Notes: a model not told the origin generated them from the letters alone. Shown: positions 51,631 through 62,096, numbered from the whole stretch's first letter. The stretch is DNA of 62,350 bases, filler included, from Dehalococcoidia bacterium (GCA_040882355.1; 8 parts of 8 records of this genome joined end to end with filler, not necessarily neighbours in it), one strand, 5' to 3'. Numbers and translations: made by a program.

Positions 51631-53011
51631 GTGAATTACATCGAAGCCCTCCGCCTGCTCCGGCGACGAGACGATTGGGAGCGGACCGGCTCCTCAAGCG
51701 ACGCCGCGCGCTGGGACTTGCGCCGGATGCGGTCGCTGCTGGCTCGCATGGGCGACCCGCACCTTGGGCGCAAGACCGTTCACATCGCGGGGAGTAAGGG
51801 CAAGGGCAGCGTGGCAGCGATGACCGCTTCGATGCTGCGGGCGGCAGGCCTCTCGACGGGGCTCTACACCAGCCCGCACCTCCACCGCTTCACGGAACGC
51901 ATCGCCGTCGGCGGCGAGCCGATCAGCGAGGGNNNNNNNNNNCGACTTCGCCCGGCTGATCGGCTCGCTCGGGCCCCAAATCGATGCGGAAGACTCGTCG
52001 GGTGGGTACGGTACGGTCAGCACGTTCGAGGCGCTCACCGCGCTCGCGTTCCTCTACTTCCGCGAGCGCGGCGTCGACTGGCAGGTGCTGGAGGCCGGCC
52101 TGGGCGGGCGTCTGGACGCGACGAACGTCTTTGATAACAAGGAGGCCTGCGTCTTGACGCCGATCAGCCTGGAGCACACGGCGGTGCTCGGCGCCACCAT
52201 CGGCCAGATCGCGGGCGAGAAGGCGGGCATCATCGCGCCCGGCACGACGGTGGTGATGGGGCCGCAACGCGAGTCCGCCGCCGACGTCTTCCGCGCGGCC
52301 TGCGCCGAGCGCGGCGCGACGCTAATCGAGGTCGCGCAGGCGTGTGCGATGAACCGCACCGGCAGCAACGACGAAGGCCAGGACTTCACGCTGCGCACTC
52401 CGCAGCGCACCTATAAGCTGCGGCTGCCGCTGCTCGGGCGGCACCAGCTCGACAACGCCGCGACGGCCGTGCTGGCGCTGGAGAGCACGGACCTCGACAT
52501 CGACGAGGCGGCGGTGAAGCAGGGGCTCGCGTCGCTGCGCTGGCCGGCCCGGATCGAGATCCTGCGCCGCAAGCCGCTCATCGTCGCGGACGGGGCGCAC
52601 AACCGCGACTCGGCGCGACGGCTCGCGCAGACGCTGCGCGACGACCTTGGCCGCTCCGAGGCGGTCTTCGTCGTCGGCTGCGCGCGCGACAAAGACATTG
52701 GGGCGCTGGCCGACGAGCTGGCGCCGCTCGCAACGCAGATGATCGCGACGCGGTCGCGTAGCCCGCGTTCGATGGACCCGCGAGAGATCGCGCAAGCGTT
52801 CGGACAGCATGACGTGCCGGTCGCGGTCGAAGAGCCGGTGAGCGCCGCGCTGGAAGCGGCGCTCACGCAGGTCGAGCCGCGCGACGCGGTCGTCGTGTGC
52901 GGCTCGCTCTTCGTCGCGGCCGAGGCGCGCGAGCATCTGCTGGGCGTCGCGTACGACCCGCCGCTGGACGAGCGGGGCGCTCCTTCGCAGGAAAACGAGG
53001 TGAGAGTATGA
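51631..53011 (+). CDS. folC: Folylpolyglutamate/dihydrofolate synthase (spans the N gap at 51933-51942)
   Basis: HIAGSKGKGS and YTSPHL before the gap; EAGLGGRLDATNV, DGAHN and CGSLF after it. Confidence 0.92.
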
Positions 53012-54264
53012 AGAACGGAGCGAACGGCCGCCGCGTGGTGATCACCGGCATGGGCGCGATGACGCCGCTTGGCACGAGCGTGGACAAGTACTGGCAAGGG
53101 CTGCAGGAAGGACGCTCGGGTGTCGACTGGATGACGCAGGTCGACACCTCAGGCTACCCGGCCAAGATCGGCGGCGAGGTAACGGACTTCGAGCCGGAGC
53201 AGTACCTGGAGCGCAAGGAGGCGCGGCGTATGGCGCGCTTCAGCCAGTTCGCCGTCGCGGCCGCGGACGAGGCGATGCAAAGCGCCGGCATTGCGCCCGG
53301 CGATGTCGATCCGGAGACGATGGGCGTGCTGCTCGGCAACGGCAACGGCGGCTTCCCGAACGTCGAGGAGGCGTTTCGCACCATGGCGGAGAAGGGCGGC
53401 ATGCGCGTCGACCCGTTCTTCATGCTGAAGATGCTGCCGAACATGGCCGCCTCCCACCTGAGCATGCGCTTCCAGGCGAAGGCCTACAACAGCACGATCA
53501 CGACAGCCTGCGCCGCCTCGACCCAGGCGATGGGCGAGGCGCTCGAGGTCGTTCGACGCGGCGGCGCGGAGGTGATGATCACCGGCGGCACCGAAGCGGG
53601 CATGTGCGAGCTGGGGATGGCCGCGTTCTGCGTGATGAAGGTGCTCTCATCTCGGAACGACGACCCAACGAAGGCGAGCCGCCCCTTCGACGCCACGCGA
53701 GACGGGTTCGTCTCGGCGGAGGGCGCTGGCATCTTCGTAATCGAGAGCCTGGAGCACGCGAAGGCGCGCGGCGCGACGATCCTGGCCGAGCTGGCCGGGT
53801 TCGGCGCGAGCTCGGACGCCTACCACATGGTCGCGCCCTGCGCCGACGGCGAGGGCGCCGCGCGCTGCATGCGCTGGGCGCTGGAGGACGCGGGCGTCGC
53901 GCCGGAGGAGGTCGACTACATCAACGCGCACGGCACGTCGACCCAGCTGAACGACGCGTCGGAGACGCGCGCGATCAAGGCCGCGCTGGGCGAGCACGCG
54001 TACCGGGTGCCGATCAGCTCGACGAAGTCGATGATCGGGCACGCGCTGGGCGCGTCGGGCGCGATCGAGTCGATCGCCTGCGTGAAGACGCTGCAGACGG
54101 GAACCATCCACCCGACGATCAACTACGAGTACCCCGACCCGGACTGCGACCTGGACTACGTGCCCAACGTGAGCCGGCAGGTGGACGTGCGCGTCGTGCT
54201 GAAGAACAGCTTTGGCTTCGGCGGGCAGAACGCCTGCTTGGTCTACAAGAGGTTCGAGGACTAG
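53008..54264 (+). CDS. fabF: 3-oxoacyl-ACP synthase II
   Basis: RRVVITGMG, TACAAS, NAHGTST, KSMIGH, NSFGFGGQN. Confidence 0.95.
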   Translation: MKNGANGRRVVITGMGAMTPLGTSVDKYWQGLQEGRSGVDWMTQVDTSGYPAKIGGEVTDFEPEQYLERKEARRMARFSQFAVAAADEAMQSAGIAPGDVDPETMGVLLGNGNGGFPNVEEAFRTMAEKGGMRVDPFFMLKMLPNMAASHLSMRFQAKAYNSTITTACAASTQAMGEALEVVRRGGAEVMITGGTEAGMCELGMAAFCVMKVLSSRNDDPTKASRPFDATRDGFVSAEGAGIFVIESLEHAKARGATILAELAGFGASSDAYHMVAPCADGEGAARCMRWALEDAGVAPEEVDYINAHGTSTQLNDASETRAIKAALGEHAYRVPISSTKSMIGHALGASGAIESIACVKTLQTGTIHPTINYEYPDPDCDLDYVPNVSRQVDVRVVLKNSFGFGGQNACLVYKRFED

Positions 54265-54267
54265 CGC

Positions 54268-55197
54268 TTGCGAGTGCTGGTCACGGGCGGCGCGGGCTTC
54301 ATCGGCTCGCACGTTGCGCGGGCGCTGCTGGAGCAGGGGCACGACGTGACTGTGCTCGACAGCCTTCGTCGCGGGCGGCGCGATCTCGTGCCCGAGAACG
54401 CGTCGTTCGTGCAGGCAGACGTCGCGGATGAGGCGGCGCTCGAAGGGGCGCTGCGCGGTCACGACGCCGTGATCCACCTCGCTGCGTCGCTTGAGGTCGC
54501 GGTCTCCGTCAAGCATCCGGTGGAGTTCGCCGAGAACAACGTGGTGAACTCGGTGCGGCTGCTGGAGGCGATGCGCCGCGCGGGCGTGAGCAAGATTGTC
54601 TTCTCATCGTCGGCGACGGTCTACGGCGTGCCGAAGCGCCTGCCTCTCCGCGAGGACGCCCCGCTGGGCGTCGCGGCGAACCCCTACGCCGCGACGAAGG
54701 CGGCCGTCGAGACGTTCCTGGGCACCTACCATCACCTCTACGACTTCGACTGCATCATCCTGCGCTACTTCAACCCCTACGGCCCGAACGAGCTGTGCGA
54801 GCCGGAGACGCACGCCGTGCCGAACATCGTGCGGGCGACGCTCGATCGACGGCCGATCCCCCTTTACTGGAAGGGCGAGCAGGTGCGCGACTTCATCTAC
54901 GTGGAGGACCTGGCCCGCGCGCACATCGCCCCGCTGGAGGCGAGCGGCCTTCAAGTCTACAACGTCGGCTCCGAGGTCGGGACGAAGATCATCGACGTGG
55001 TCGAGACGGTGTTCCGCATCCTGGGCTACCGGGTGCCGATCGAGGACCTGGGGGAGCGCCCCGGCGACGTGCCCGCGATGTACGCCTCGTCGGAACGGCT
55101 GCGCACGGAGCTCGGCTGGCGGGCGCAGGTCGACCTCGAAGAGGGCCTGCGCCGCACGATCGCGCACTACAGGGAGCGTTTGAGGATCGCCGAGTAG
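54268..55197 (+). CDS. galE: UDP-glucose 4-epimerase-like NAD-dependent epimerase
   Basis: TGGAGFIG, FSSSATVYG, YAATK, LRYFN.YG, RDFIYV.D. Confidence 0.75.
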   Translation: MRVLVTGGAGFIGSHVARALLEQGHDVTVLDSLRRGRRDLVPENASFVQADVADEAALEGALRGHDAVIHLAASLEVAVSVKHPVEFAENNVVNSVRLLEAMRRAGVSKIVFSSSATVYGVPKRLPLREDAPLGVAANPYAATKAAVETFLGTYHHLYDFDCIILRYFNPYGPNELCEPETHAVPNIVRATLDRRPIPLYWKGEQVRDFIYVEDLARAHIAPLEASGLQVYNVGSEVGTKIIDVVETVFRILGYRVPIEDLGERPGDVPAMYASSERLRTELGWRAQVDLEEGLRRTIAHYRERLRIAE

Positions 55198-55379
55198 GGG
55201 GGGGGGGNNNNNNNNNNNNNNNNNNNNNNNNNNNNNNNNNNNNNNNNNNNNTTAATTAATTAANNNNNNNNNNNNNNNNNNNNNNNNNNNNNNNNNNNNN
55301 NNNNNNNCCCCCTACGCCGCCCGGTGACCAGGCGCCGCGTCCGGAGAACAGGAGCGTGCTGGTGGCAGGCGGTGTGCGC

Positions 55380-55475
55380 GGGCGGGTCTGAGACCCGCCC
55401 CTACAAGACGCTGCCTTCGGTCGCAACCGTATCGCAGGCAGGGGCCCAGTGGGGCGGCTCACGAGCCGCCCCTAC
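55380..55475 (-). repeat. Two tandem GTAG-type REP palindromes
   Basis: GGGCGGGTCTGAGACCCGCCCCTAC and GGGGCGGCTCACGAGCCGCCCCTAC. Confidence 0.8.
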
Positions 55476-55527
55476 AGCGGCCTCGCCACCTCGATGCGTC
55501 GGTTCAGCCGGATGGGGCGCCCGAGCG

Positions 55528-56874
55528 CTACGCGGCTTCGACGGAGGCGGGCGGCGCTTTCGCGGCGCCGAAGTCCTCGACGGCGAGCGACGCCACCTTC
55601 TCGCCCATGGCGATGCTGTAGTTCTGGCCGCGGTCCTCCGGGTAGATCTGGCTCATCGTCGCCAGGTAGAGGCCGGGCACGGGCGTGCGGTGCTCCGGGA
55701 TACGCTCTCGATAGCCGCAGGTAACGATCGGCTGGGCGTACGGGCCCTTGAACAGCCAGCGGTCGGTGATCCAGTCGGGCGAGAACTGCGGGTTGATCTT
55801 CGTAAGGTGCGGCAGGTACTCGCGCTCGATCTCGGCGACATCCATCTGGAAGTAGCGGTGGTCCGGCGGCAGGTAGTTCGAGAGGTAGACGATGTGGTTG
55901 CCGCCGTAACGCTCCGGCTCGATGAAGTTGGTGTGCTCGATCGTCGCGATGAACGGCACGTCTTCGTCCGCCATGTTCATCCAGTAGATCGGCGACAGCG
56001 AGTGCTTGAGCGCCATGATGTAGCAGACCGCCCAAAGCCAGCGCGTGCCCGTCAGCTTGTCGACGTAGTCGCTCGGGAGCTGCGGCGCGAGCTTCTGGAA
56101 GACGTGCGCCGGCATGCACGCGATAACGGCGTCGCAGTCGACGCGCTCTCCGCCGTCCAGCAGCAGGCCGCGGGCCCGCCCGCCTTCGACGATCACTTCG
56201 CTCACAGCGCGGCCGGTGTTGATGTCGGCGAGGTCGTTCGCGCGCAGGCGGCGCTCGAGCTCGTCGATGTACAGGCCGAAACTGCCGAGCAGGTAGCCGA
56301 GCTGCTCCTTCTGCGAGACGCCCTTCCGCGACGCGAAGCGCAGGTGGATCTTGTTCCACATCCAGACCATCGCCAGCTCATCGTGCGCGTCGCCGAACTT
56401 TCCACGGAGGAGCGGGCCCCAGACGGCATCGTAGGCGCCCTTGCCCATGTTGCGCTTGATCCACTCAGCGGCGGTGACGTTCTCGTAGCGTGACCCGTCG
56501 TTCTGGCGGCGCAGGTAGAGCGCGACGAGTCCCATGCGAAGGCGGTCGAGCAGCGGCGCCGGCTTGAAGCGCAGCAGGTCGAGCGGCGTCACGAAGTTGT
56601 AGAGCTGGCCGCCGTGGTGGAAGCCGACCTTCGAGTCGCGCCAGGTAAGCTGGTCGCCGAGGCCCAGCTCCTCGATGAGACGAACGATCGTCGTGTCGGT
56701 GCTGAAGAGATGGTGGTAGAACGACTCGAGCCGTCCCCCGCCGACGTCGAAGGTGCGCACGAGGCCGCCCAGGAACGGGCTCGCCTCGTAGAGGGCGACG
56801 TGGTGACCGGCCTGCGTGAGACGATAGGCCGCGGCCATGCCCGCGACGCCACCTCCGACGATGCCGACTTTCAT
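55528..56874 (-). CDS. FAD-dependent oxidoreductase (amine oxidase/protoporphyrinogen oxidase-like)
   Basis: GGGVAG.AAA, E....LGGL, LESFYHHLF, YAQP, IYPEDRG.N. Confidence 0.88.
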   Translation of the reverse strand: MKVGIVGGGVAGMAAAYRLTQAGHHVALYEASPFLGGLVRTFDVGGGRLESFYHHLFSTDTTIVRLIEELGLGDQLTWRDSKVGFHHGGQLYNFVTPLDLLRFKPAPLLDRLRMGLVALYLRRQNDGSRYENVTAAEWIKRNMGKGAYDAVWGPLLRGKFGDAHDELAMVWMWNKIHLRFASRKGVSQKEQLGYLLGSFGLYIDELERRLRANDLADINTGRAVSEVIVEGGRARGLLLDGGERVDCDAVIACMPAHVFQKLAPQLPSDYVDKLTGTRWLWAVCYIMALKHSLSPIYWMNMADEDVPFIATIEHTNFIEPERYGGNHIVYLSNYLPPDHRYFQMDVAEIEREYLPHLTKINPQFSPDWITDRWLFKGPYAQPIVTCGYRERIPEHRTPVPGLYLATMSQIYPEDRGQNYSIAMGEKVASLAVEDFGAAKAPPASVEAA

Positions 56875-56887
56875 GTCGGGCCGACTT

Positions 56888-57964
56888 TCATGCTCGGGGT
56901 ACCTCCTCTTGCGGGAGCACGCGCACCGGCGCCGTCGACACGTCGTTGCTGGTCGAGCGGCGGAACATCTCGCCTAGCGAGAGGCCCATCGTGCCGAGGA
57001 AATACAGGCCGAGGGCGATCACCGGCAGCAGCAGCAGCGCGTGCAAGCCGATCGCATAGGCCGTCGCGGTCGAGCTCGCGACGCCGGCGGCGATCAACGT
57101 CTGCTTCGTCACGAACTCGAACGGGCCGATACCGCCCTGCGACGCGAGGACGGAGATCGCCAGGTTCGCGGCGGCGGTCGAGAGCAGGAAGACGTGGAAT
57201 CCGACGTCAATGCCGAAAGCGAGAGCCACCATCCAGTACATCACCGCCTCAAGCGTCCACGAGATCGTGGACATCACCCAGGCCACGCCCAGATCGACCG
57301 GGCTGCGCAACGACTTCAGGCCTTCGAAGAAGGAGGCGGCGAGACCCTCGACCTGCGGGCGGAAGCGCGCCGGCGTCGCGGCGATGACGAGGCGGTCGGC
57401 GCGCTCGCGCCAGCGCTCTGAGAAGGCGAATACCAGGAGCAACCCGAAGCCAATGCCGAACAGCACGGCCATGATCGCGGCGAGGCCGTCATAGCCGACG
57501 CTGAAGTCAACGAACAGGAGGTTGATCTCAAGCTGCTCATTGAACCCAGCAAGGGCGGCGCCGACGAGCAGCATCGGGATCAGCGTTAGGCCGTCAAACA
57601 GGCGGTCCACGGCGATCGTCCCAAGCGCGGCCGCCTTGCTCACGCGCTCGCGCTCGCCGATGATGAAGGCGCGCACCAGCTCGCCCACGCGCGCCGGGAT
57701 CAAGTTGTTCGCCATCAGCCCGATGATCACGACCGGGAAGAGGCGTGAGGTCTTGACCGGGGCGACCGGCCGCAGCAGGTACTGCCAGCGGATCGTCCTC
57801 ACCCAGATGCCGGCGAAGTACACGGGCAGCGATGCGAAGGCGATCGCGTAGTTGGCCTGCGCGAACGCGTCCTCGATCTCGCGGAAGTTCGTGCGGTAGA
57901 GGAACAGGGCGAGGAACGCCACGCTAATGGCGACCCCAAACCAGACACGTCGGCTACGCAGCAA
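56888..57964 (-). CDS. Lysylphosphatidylglycerol synthase TM/flippase-like protein
   Basis: R..RW..LL, ANNLIPARVGE..R, DRLFD, GGIGPFE; many TM segments. Confidence 0.88.
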   Translation of the reverse strand: MLRSRRVWFGVAISVAFLALFLYRTNFREIEDAFAQANYAIAFASLPVYFAGIWVRTIRWQYLLRPVAPVKTSRLFPVVIIGLMANNLIPARVGELVRAFIIGERERVSKAAALGTIAVDRLFDGLTLIPMLLVGAALAGFNEQLEINLLFVDFSVGYDGLAAIMAVLFGIGFGLLLVFAFSERWRERADRLVIAATPARFRPQVEGLAASFFEGLKSLRSPVDLGVAWVMSTISWTLEAVMYWMVALAFGIDVGFHVFLLSTAAANLAISVLASQGGIGPFEFVTKQTLIAAGVASSTATAYAIGLHALLLLPVIALGLYFLGTMGLSLGEMFRRSTSNDVSTAPVRVLPQEEVPRA

Positions 57965-58129
57965 ACAGAGCTCCTAACAATCCACTCCCGCCCAGCCGGG
58001 CGGAACTCCTTATATTAGAATCGGCGTCCATAAAGGGTCAACGCAGGTGGGCGCGACCCCAATCCCTTATGTCTCATCCACAAGACCGCCCGGAGACATG
58101 GTATCCTAGTGCGTGAAGGAGGGATCCCT

Positions 58130-58846
58130 GTGCCCCAGACTCGCCCGCGTATCGGCGTCACCCGCTGGGAGGACGTGACCGGCGAGAAGATCGAGGCGTA
58201 TTGGGCGCGCGTTCGCGATGCGGGCGGCGAGCCTATCGATCTGGATGGGCCAGGCGCCGATGCCTCCGACCTCGATGGGCTGGTCCTCACCGGCGGGCTG
58301 GACGTGACTCCCGCCCGCTACGGCGAGCCGCCCCATCCCAAAGTCAAGCGTTTCGACCCGGCCCGCGACGACTTCGAGGCGGCGGTCCTGGCGTCCGCCC
58401 TTGAACGCGACCTGCCGGTCCTGGCGATCTGCCGCGGCCATCAGCTCCTGAACGTTGTCTTTGGCGGGCGTTTGCTGCAGCACATCGAGGACGGCAGCCA
58501 CAGAGCGGACTTCTCGCAGCCGGACGTGCCTTCGCGCTGGCACACGGTCCGCCTGCTCCCGGCGACCCGCCTGCAGGCGATTCTCGGCGCGGACGAGATC
58601 GAGGTGAACTCGCGCCACCACCAGGCCGTGCTGCCCGAGACGCTCGCGCCGGGCCTGGTCGTCGCCGCGACCTCGCCAGATGGCCTAATCGAAGCGGTAG
58701 AGAGCACGAGCCATCGCTGGGTGGTCGGCGTGCAGTGGCACCCGGAGCGACTCGAGTCGGAGCGCGCGCACTTCGCGCCCGCCATGCGCCCCCTATTCGA
58801 AGCTCTCGTGCGGGAGGCCGCCCAAACACGCTCGGAAGTCGCCTGA
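58130..58846 (+). CDS. Peptidase C26 / gamma-glutamyl-GABA hydrolase family
   Basis: DGLVLTGG.DV.P..YG, ICRGHQ, VNSRHHQ, VQWHPE. Confidence 0.92.
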   Translation: MPQTRPRIGVTRWEDVTGEKIEAYWARVRDAGGEPIDLDGPGADASDLDGLVLTGGLDVTPARYGEPPHPKVKRFDPARDDFEAAVLASALERDLPVLAICRGHQLLNVVFGGRLLQHIEDGSHRADFSQPDVPSRWHTVRLLPATRLQAILGADEIEVNSRHHQAVLPETLAPGLVVAATSPDGLIEAVESTSHRWVVGVQWHPERLESERAHFAPAMRPLFEALVREAAQTRSEVA

Positions 58847-60222
58847 TGTCCGTCCGCTTCGTCACCACTTCGGATGGCGTGCGCATCGCCTACTTCGATT
58901 ACGGCGGTGACAAGCCGCCGCTTCTCTGGACTCCCGGGTGGGTCTCGCACATCGAGCTGGAGACCAGCCACCCTCACGCGGCACCCTTCTACCGGCGCTT
59001 CGCGGCGAACCACCGGCTGGTCCACTTCGACGGGCGCGGTACCGGACTGTCAGATCGCGACGTGACCGACGTCTCGCTCGAGGCGCGCCTCCGCGACATG
59101 GAGGCGGTCATAGAGGGCGTGGGCCTCGAAACGTTCGACATGTTCGCGTGGTCGTTCTGGGGCCCGGTGGGCATCGTTTACGCGGCGGAGCATCCCGAGC
59201 GCGTCCGGCGGCTCGCGCTGTACGCCACCTTCGCGCGTTTCGTCTCGGACAAGCCGGAGCTCGCCCAGGCGCTGCTGGCGCTGATTCGCGCGCAGTGGTC
59301 GATCGGCTCGCGCACGATCACGGAGTTCGTCCACCCCGCCGCCCATCACCACGACATTGAAGTCGAGTTCGCGGAGTATTTCCGTCGGAGCGCTTCGGGC
59401 GAGATCGCGGCCATGATTCTGGAGGAGGGGTTCTTCCGCACCGACGTGTCGGAGTACCTGCCGCGCCTGACGATGCCGACGGCCGTCCTCCACCGCGTCG
59501 ACGACAACGCGATCAGCCCGGAGGCCGGCCGCCAGCTCGCGCGCGGCATTCCCGGGGCGCGCTTCATTCCGCTGGCTGGAAACGTCCACGTGCCCTGGCA
59601 CGGCGACACGGATGCCTTCGTTGACGCGCTCGAAGGCTTCTTTGGCATGACCCCAGCGGCTGCTCCGTCGGCGGCGGCGCCGGACCGGCCGCAGCAGCCC
59701 GCTCAGGCCGGCACGCTCAGCACGCTGCTCTTCACCGACATCGCTGAGTCGACGACGTTCACGCAGCGCCTCGGCGACGCGCAGGCCCAGGAGGTGGTGC
59801 GCGCCCACGACACCATCGTCCGTGAGGCGGTGCGGGCGCACGGCGGCTTCGAAGTCAAGCACACCGGCGACGGCATCATGGCGTCGTTCCCGACAGCGTC
59901 GGGCGCGCTGGAGTGCGCGATCGACATCCAGCGGGCGCTCGCGTCGCGGGCCGAGGGAGGCGACTCCGCCGAGCCGCTGCGCGTGCGCATCGGCGTGAAC
60001 GCCGGCGAGCCGGTCGCGGAGGGCGACGACCTCTTCGGCACAGCGGTCCAGCTCGCGCGGCGCATCTGCGATGCCGGCGACGGCGGCGAGATCCTGGTCT
60101 CGGACGTCGTGCGCCAACTGGCCGCGGGCAAGGGCTTCCTCTTCGCCGACCGCGGCGTGATGGCGCTGAAGGGGTTCGAGGACCCGGTGCGCGTCTACGA
60201 GCTGCGCTGGCGGGAGCCTTAA
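58846..60222 (+). CDS. Alpha/beta hydrolase-adenylate cyclase fusion (LipJ-like)
   Basis: FDGRGTGLSDR N-terminal domain; FTDIAEST, VKHTGDG, RIGVNAGE, DLFG. Confidence 0.9.
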   Translation: MSVRFVTTSDGVRIAYFDYGGDKPPLLWTPGWVSHIELETSHPHAAPFYRRFAANHRLVHFDGRGTGLSDRDVTDVSLEARLRDMEAVIEGVGLETFDMFAWSFWGPVGIVYAAEHPERVRRLALYATFARFVSDKPELAQALLALIRAQWSIGSRTITEFVHPAAHHHDIEVEFAEYFRRSASGEIAAMILEEGFFRTDVSEYLPRLTMPTAVLHRVDDNAISPEAGRQLARGIPGARFIPLAGNVHVPWHGDTDAFVDALEGFFGMTPAAAPSAAAPDRPQQPAQAGTLSTLLFTDIAESTTFTQRLGDAQAQEVVRAHDTIVREAVRAHGGFEVKHTGDGIMASFPTASGALECAIDIQRALASRAEGGDSAEPLRVRIGVNAGEPVAEGDDLFGTAVQLARRICDAGDGGEILVSDVVRQLAAGKGFLFADRGVMALKGFEDPVRVYELRWREP

Positions 60223-60248
60223 CAGCGCGCTGTCCTCTCAGCAAAGCG

Positions 60249-60434
60249 TCACCCTTGGCGGGACCCGTGGCAGCGCGGCTCTCCTTCGCCAGCCACGTTC
60301 ACGGACACGATGCCGCACGCCGGGCAGAGCGCCGGCGCCCAGACGACGAACGCCGTGGCGCCGTCGTCCTCGCCGACGCCGACCGTCGCCTCGTAGTCGC
60401 AGGCGCGGCAGCGGGCGCGGAGGAGCTGGATCAC
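60249..60434 (-). CDS. Small Cys-rich zinc-ribbon-like protein, possibly truncated
   Basis: CRAC...CPAC...C in 61 aa; host-like codon usage. Confidence 0.45.
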   Translation of the reverse strand: MIQLLRARCRACDYEATVGVGEDDGATAFVVWAPALCPACGIVSVNVAGEGEPRCHGSRQG

Positions 60435-60606
60435 GCAGGCAGGGTAGCAGGGTCGGAGCCTACACTATGTCGGCATAGCTTCGCATTCGATGCGTCGCTC
60501 ACGGAACTGGATTGGTCGAGGTAGCGGGAGTCCGAATTCGAGGTTGCTCGCCGAGACCGCAAGACGAACCTCACGTCGTTTGGGACACCAATCGGGTGTC
60601 CGAGTA

Positions 60607-60969
60607 TCAAATGGTGGGATTGGGCGCAGCCGCCGCCTCGTGAATTGCTTCGAGCCACTCCTTTGTCGTCTTGCCATGGACGTAATGAACCAAGGCTAGG
60701 ATGCCGGAACGGATGTAGAACCAGTACTCGGTGTCACCGGCAACTATTATCAGCGCAGGTCCTCGGATCTCACAGTGGGTGATTTGTAACAGAGGAATCT
60801 CGACGATCGATTCGGCCAGCCTCGGAAGGTGGAGGAATGCTCTCTTCCAAACGAATCGTCGATCAGTCAAGTAGACGCGCCCATCGACAGGGAGCCTCCA
60901 CTTCTGGTTAATGAAGTTACCGAGGGCGCGCCTGATGAGGCGCTCTCCTGGCCTCAAGTCGATACTCAT
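60607..60969 (-). CDS. Small PH/GRAM-like protein, candidate immunity protein
   Basis: L.PGE.LI...N...GRVYLTDRRFVW...EIPL..I; starts 12 nt after the Rhs-CT stop. Confidence 0.6.
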   Translation of the reverse strand: MSIDLRPGERLIRRALGNFINQKWRLPVDGRVYLTDRRFVWKRAFLHLPRLAESIVEIPLLQITHCEIRGPALIIVAGDTEYWFYIRSGILALVHYVHGKTTKEWLEAIHEAAAAPNPTI

Positions 60970-60981
60970 GAGGAGGACGCA

Positions 60982-61977
60982 TCAGCAGTTGTCTTCGAGG
61001 ACATAGTTTCCAATCGTGAGCGCCGCGACTTCCAGCGTCGAAGTCCCGGCGTAAATGGAGAATGCCTCCATTGGTCCAGTAGGGTTCCCAGCCGCAGTGC
61101 TGGCGACAGCAACGGTGGCCAAGTAGTTGCCGGCCACGCCAACGCCTAGGTTGGCGGTATTGTACATGGACGCACCAACTATGGCACCGAGGGAACATCC
61201 TGAAGTCAGAATGTCAAACTCAGCAGCCGCGAAGGCGGCGAAGTCCAGGGCCATTGGAGTCAGCGGCACCGTATCGGCCCATTGGATGGTCACGCTGACG
61301 CTGTCCCAGCTATCGGCGAATGCGCGCCCTGCTCCTGAAGCACAGTCCTTGACGACGGACCAGCTGACCTTCGGCTTGCACCCGCCACCTTCACCATACC
61401 CATCGCCGGCGAGCGTCTGAGGCAGGCCCTCCCATTGCTTGGCGGCGAGAATGTCCCACGTCACGCACACCACACCGGTCTCCGCGCTGACGCCGCAGCC
61501 GTACGACGGGAGCGCGGCGGCCCACGCCAGGAACTGGGAGTAGACGCTCTCTTGCGGCCGATAGCACTGAACACCCAGCCCCGCCCCGTACCAGCAGCCG
61601 TACTGATTCAGGTTCCGGTTCTGTTGGTCAACCTGGTTGAGAAGGGCGCTCACGATCTCTTGCCTCGACGAGCCGGGTGGCGAGACGCAGAAAACGCCAG
61701 CCCAAGTGAGGGCACAACCGAAGGCGCGGTAGCGCTCCGCCTCCTCGTTCCACTGGCACGCAGCATCACCGCTCGGACAGTGGCCCGTTGGGTCCGTGTA
61801 CCGTAGCGGGTTGCCGTTCACGTACGAGTACCTGTTCAGGGACGCGGGCTCCGCTGGGGCAGCAATCGTGTCGGCAGAGAGGAAGCTCGCCGTGCCGGCG
61901 TCGTAGAAGCGCGACTGCATGAAGTGGAGGTCCTCGCCCTCCTTCTGGTGCCCAGTATACAGCTTGTCGGTGGGCAC
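60982..61977 (-). CDS. Orphan RHS repeat-associated core with an unknown C-terminal (toxin) domain
   Basis: TDKLYTGH...L.FMQSRFYD...FLSADT...LNRYSYVNGNPLRYTDPTGH. Confidence 0.85.
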   Translation of the reverse strand: MPTDKLYTGHQKEGEDLHFMQSRFYDAGTASFLSADTIAAPAEPASLNRYSYVNGNPLRYTDPTGHCPSGDAACQWNEEAERYRAFGCALTWAGVFCVSPPGSSRQEIVSALLNQVDQQNRNLNQYGCWYGAGLGVQCYRPQESVYSQFLAWAAALPSYGCGVSAETGVVCVTWDILAAKQWEGLPQTLAGDGYGEGGGCKPKVSWSVVKDCASGAGRAFADSWDSVSVTIQWADTVPLTPMALDFAAFAAAEFDILTSGCSLGAIVGASMYNTANLGVGVAGNYLATVAVASTAAGNPTGPMEAFSIYAGTSTLEVAALTIGNYVLEDNC

Positions 61978-62096
61978 CGAGCCCGTGGCACGGAGGCGGC
62001 CGTATGCGCAGCAGGAACGCCGGCGGTGCTGCAGGCCGGCGCACCCCGTGCCTGTAGCTTCAGCATTGGCTATGATAGGCGCGGAGGAGTAATCGC

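Noticed and set aside
51933..51942. folC frameshift or pseudogene
   Set aside because: The frame change coincides with a 10-N scaffold gap; motifs are intact on both sides
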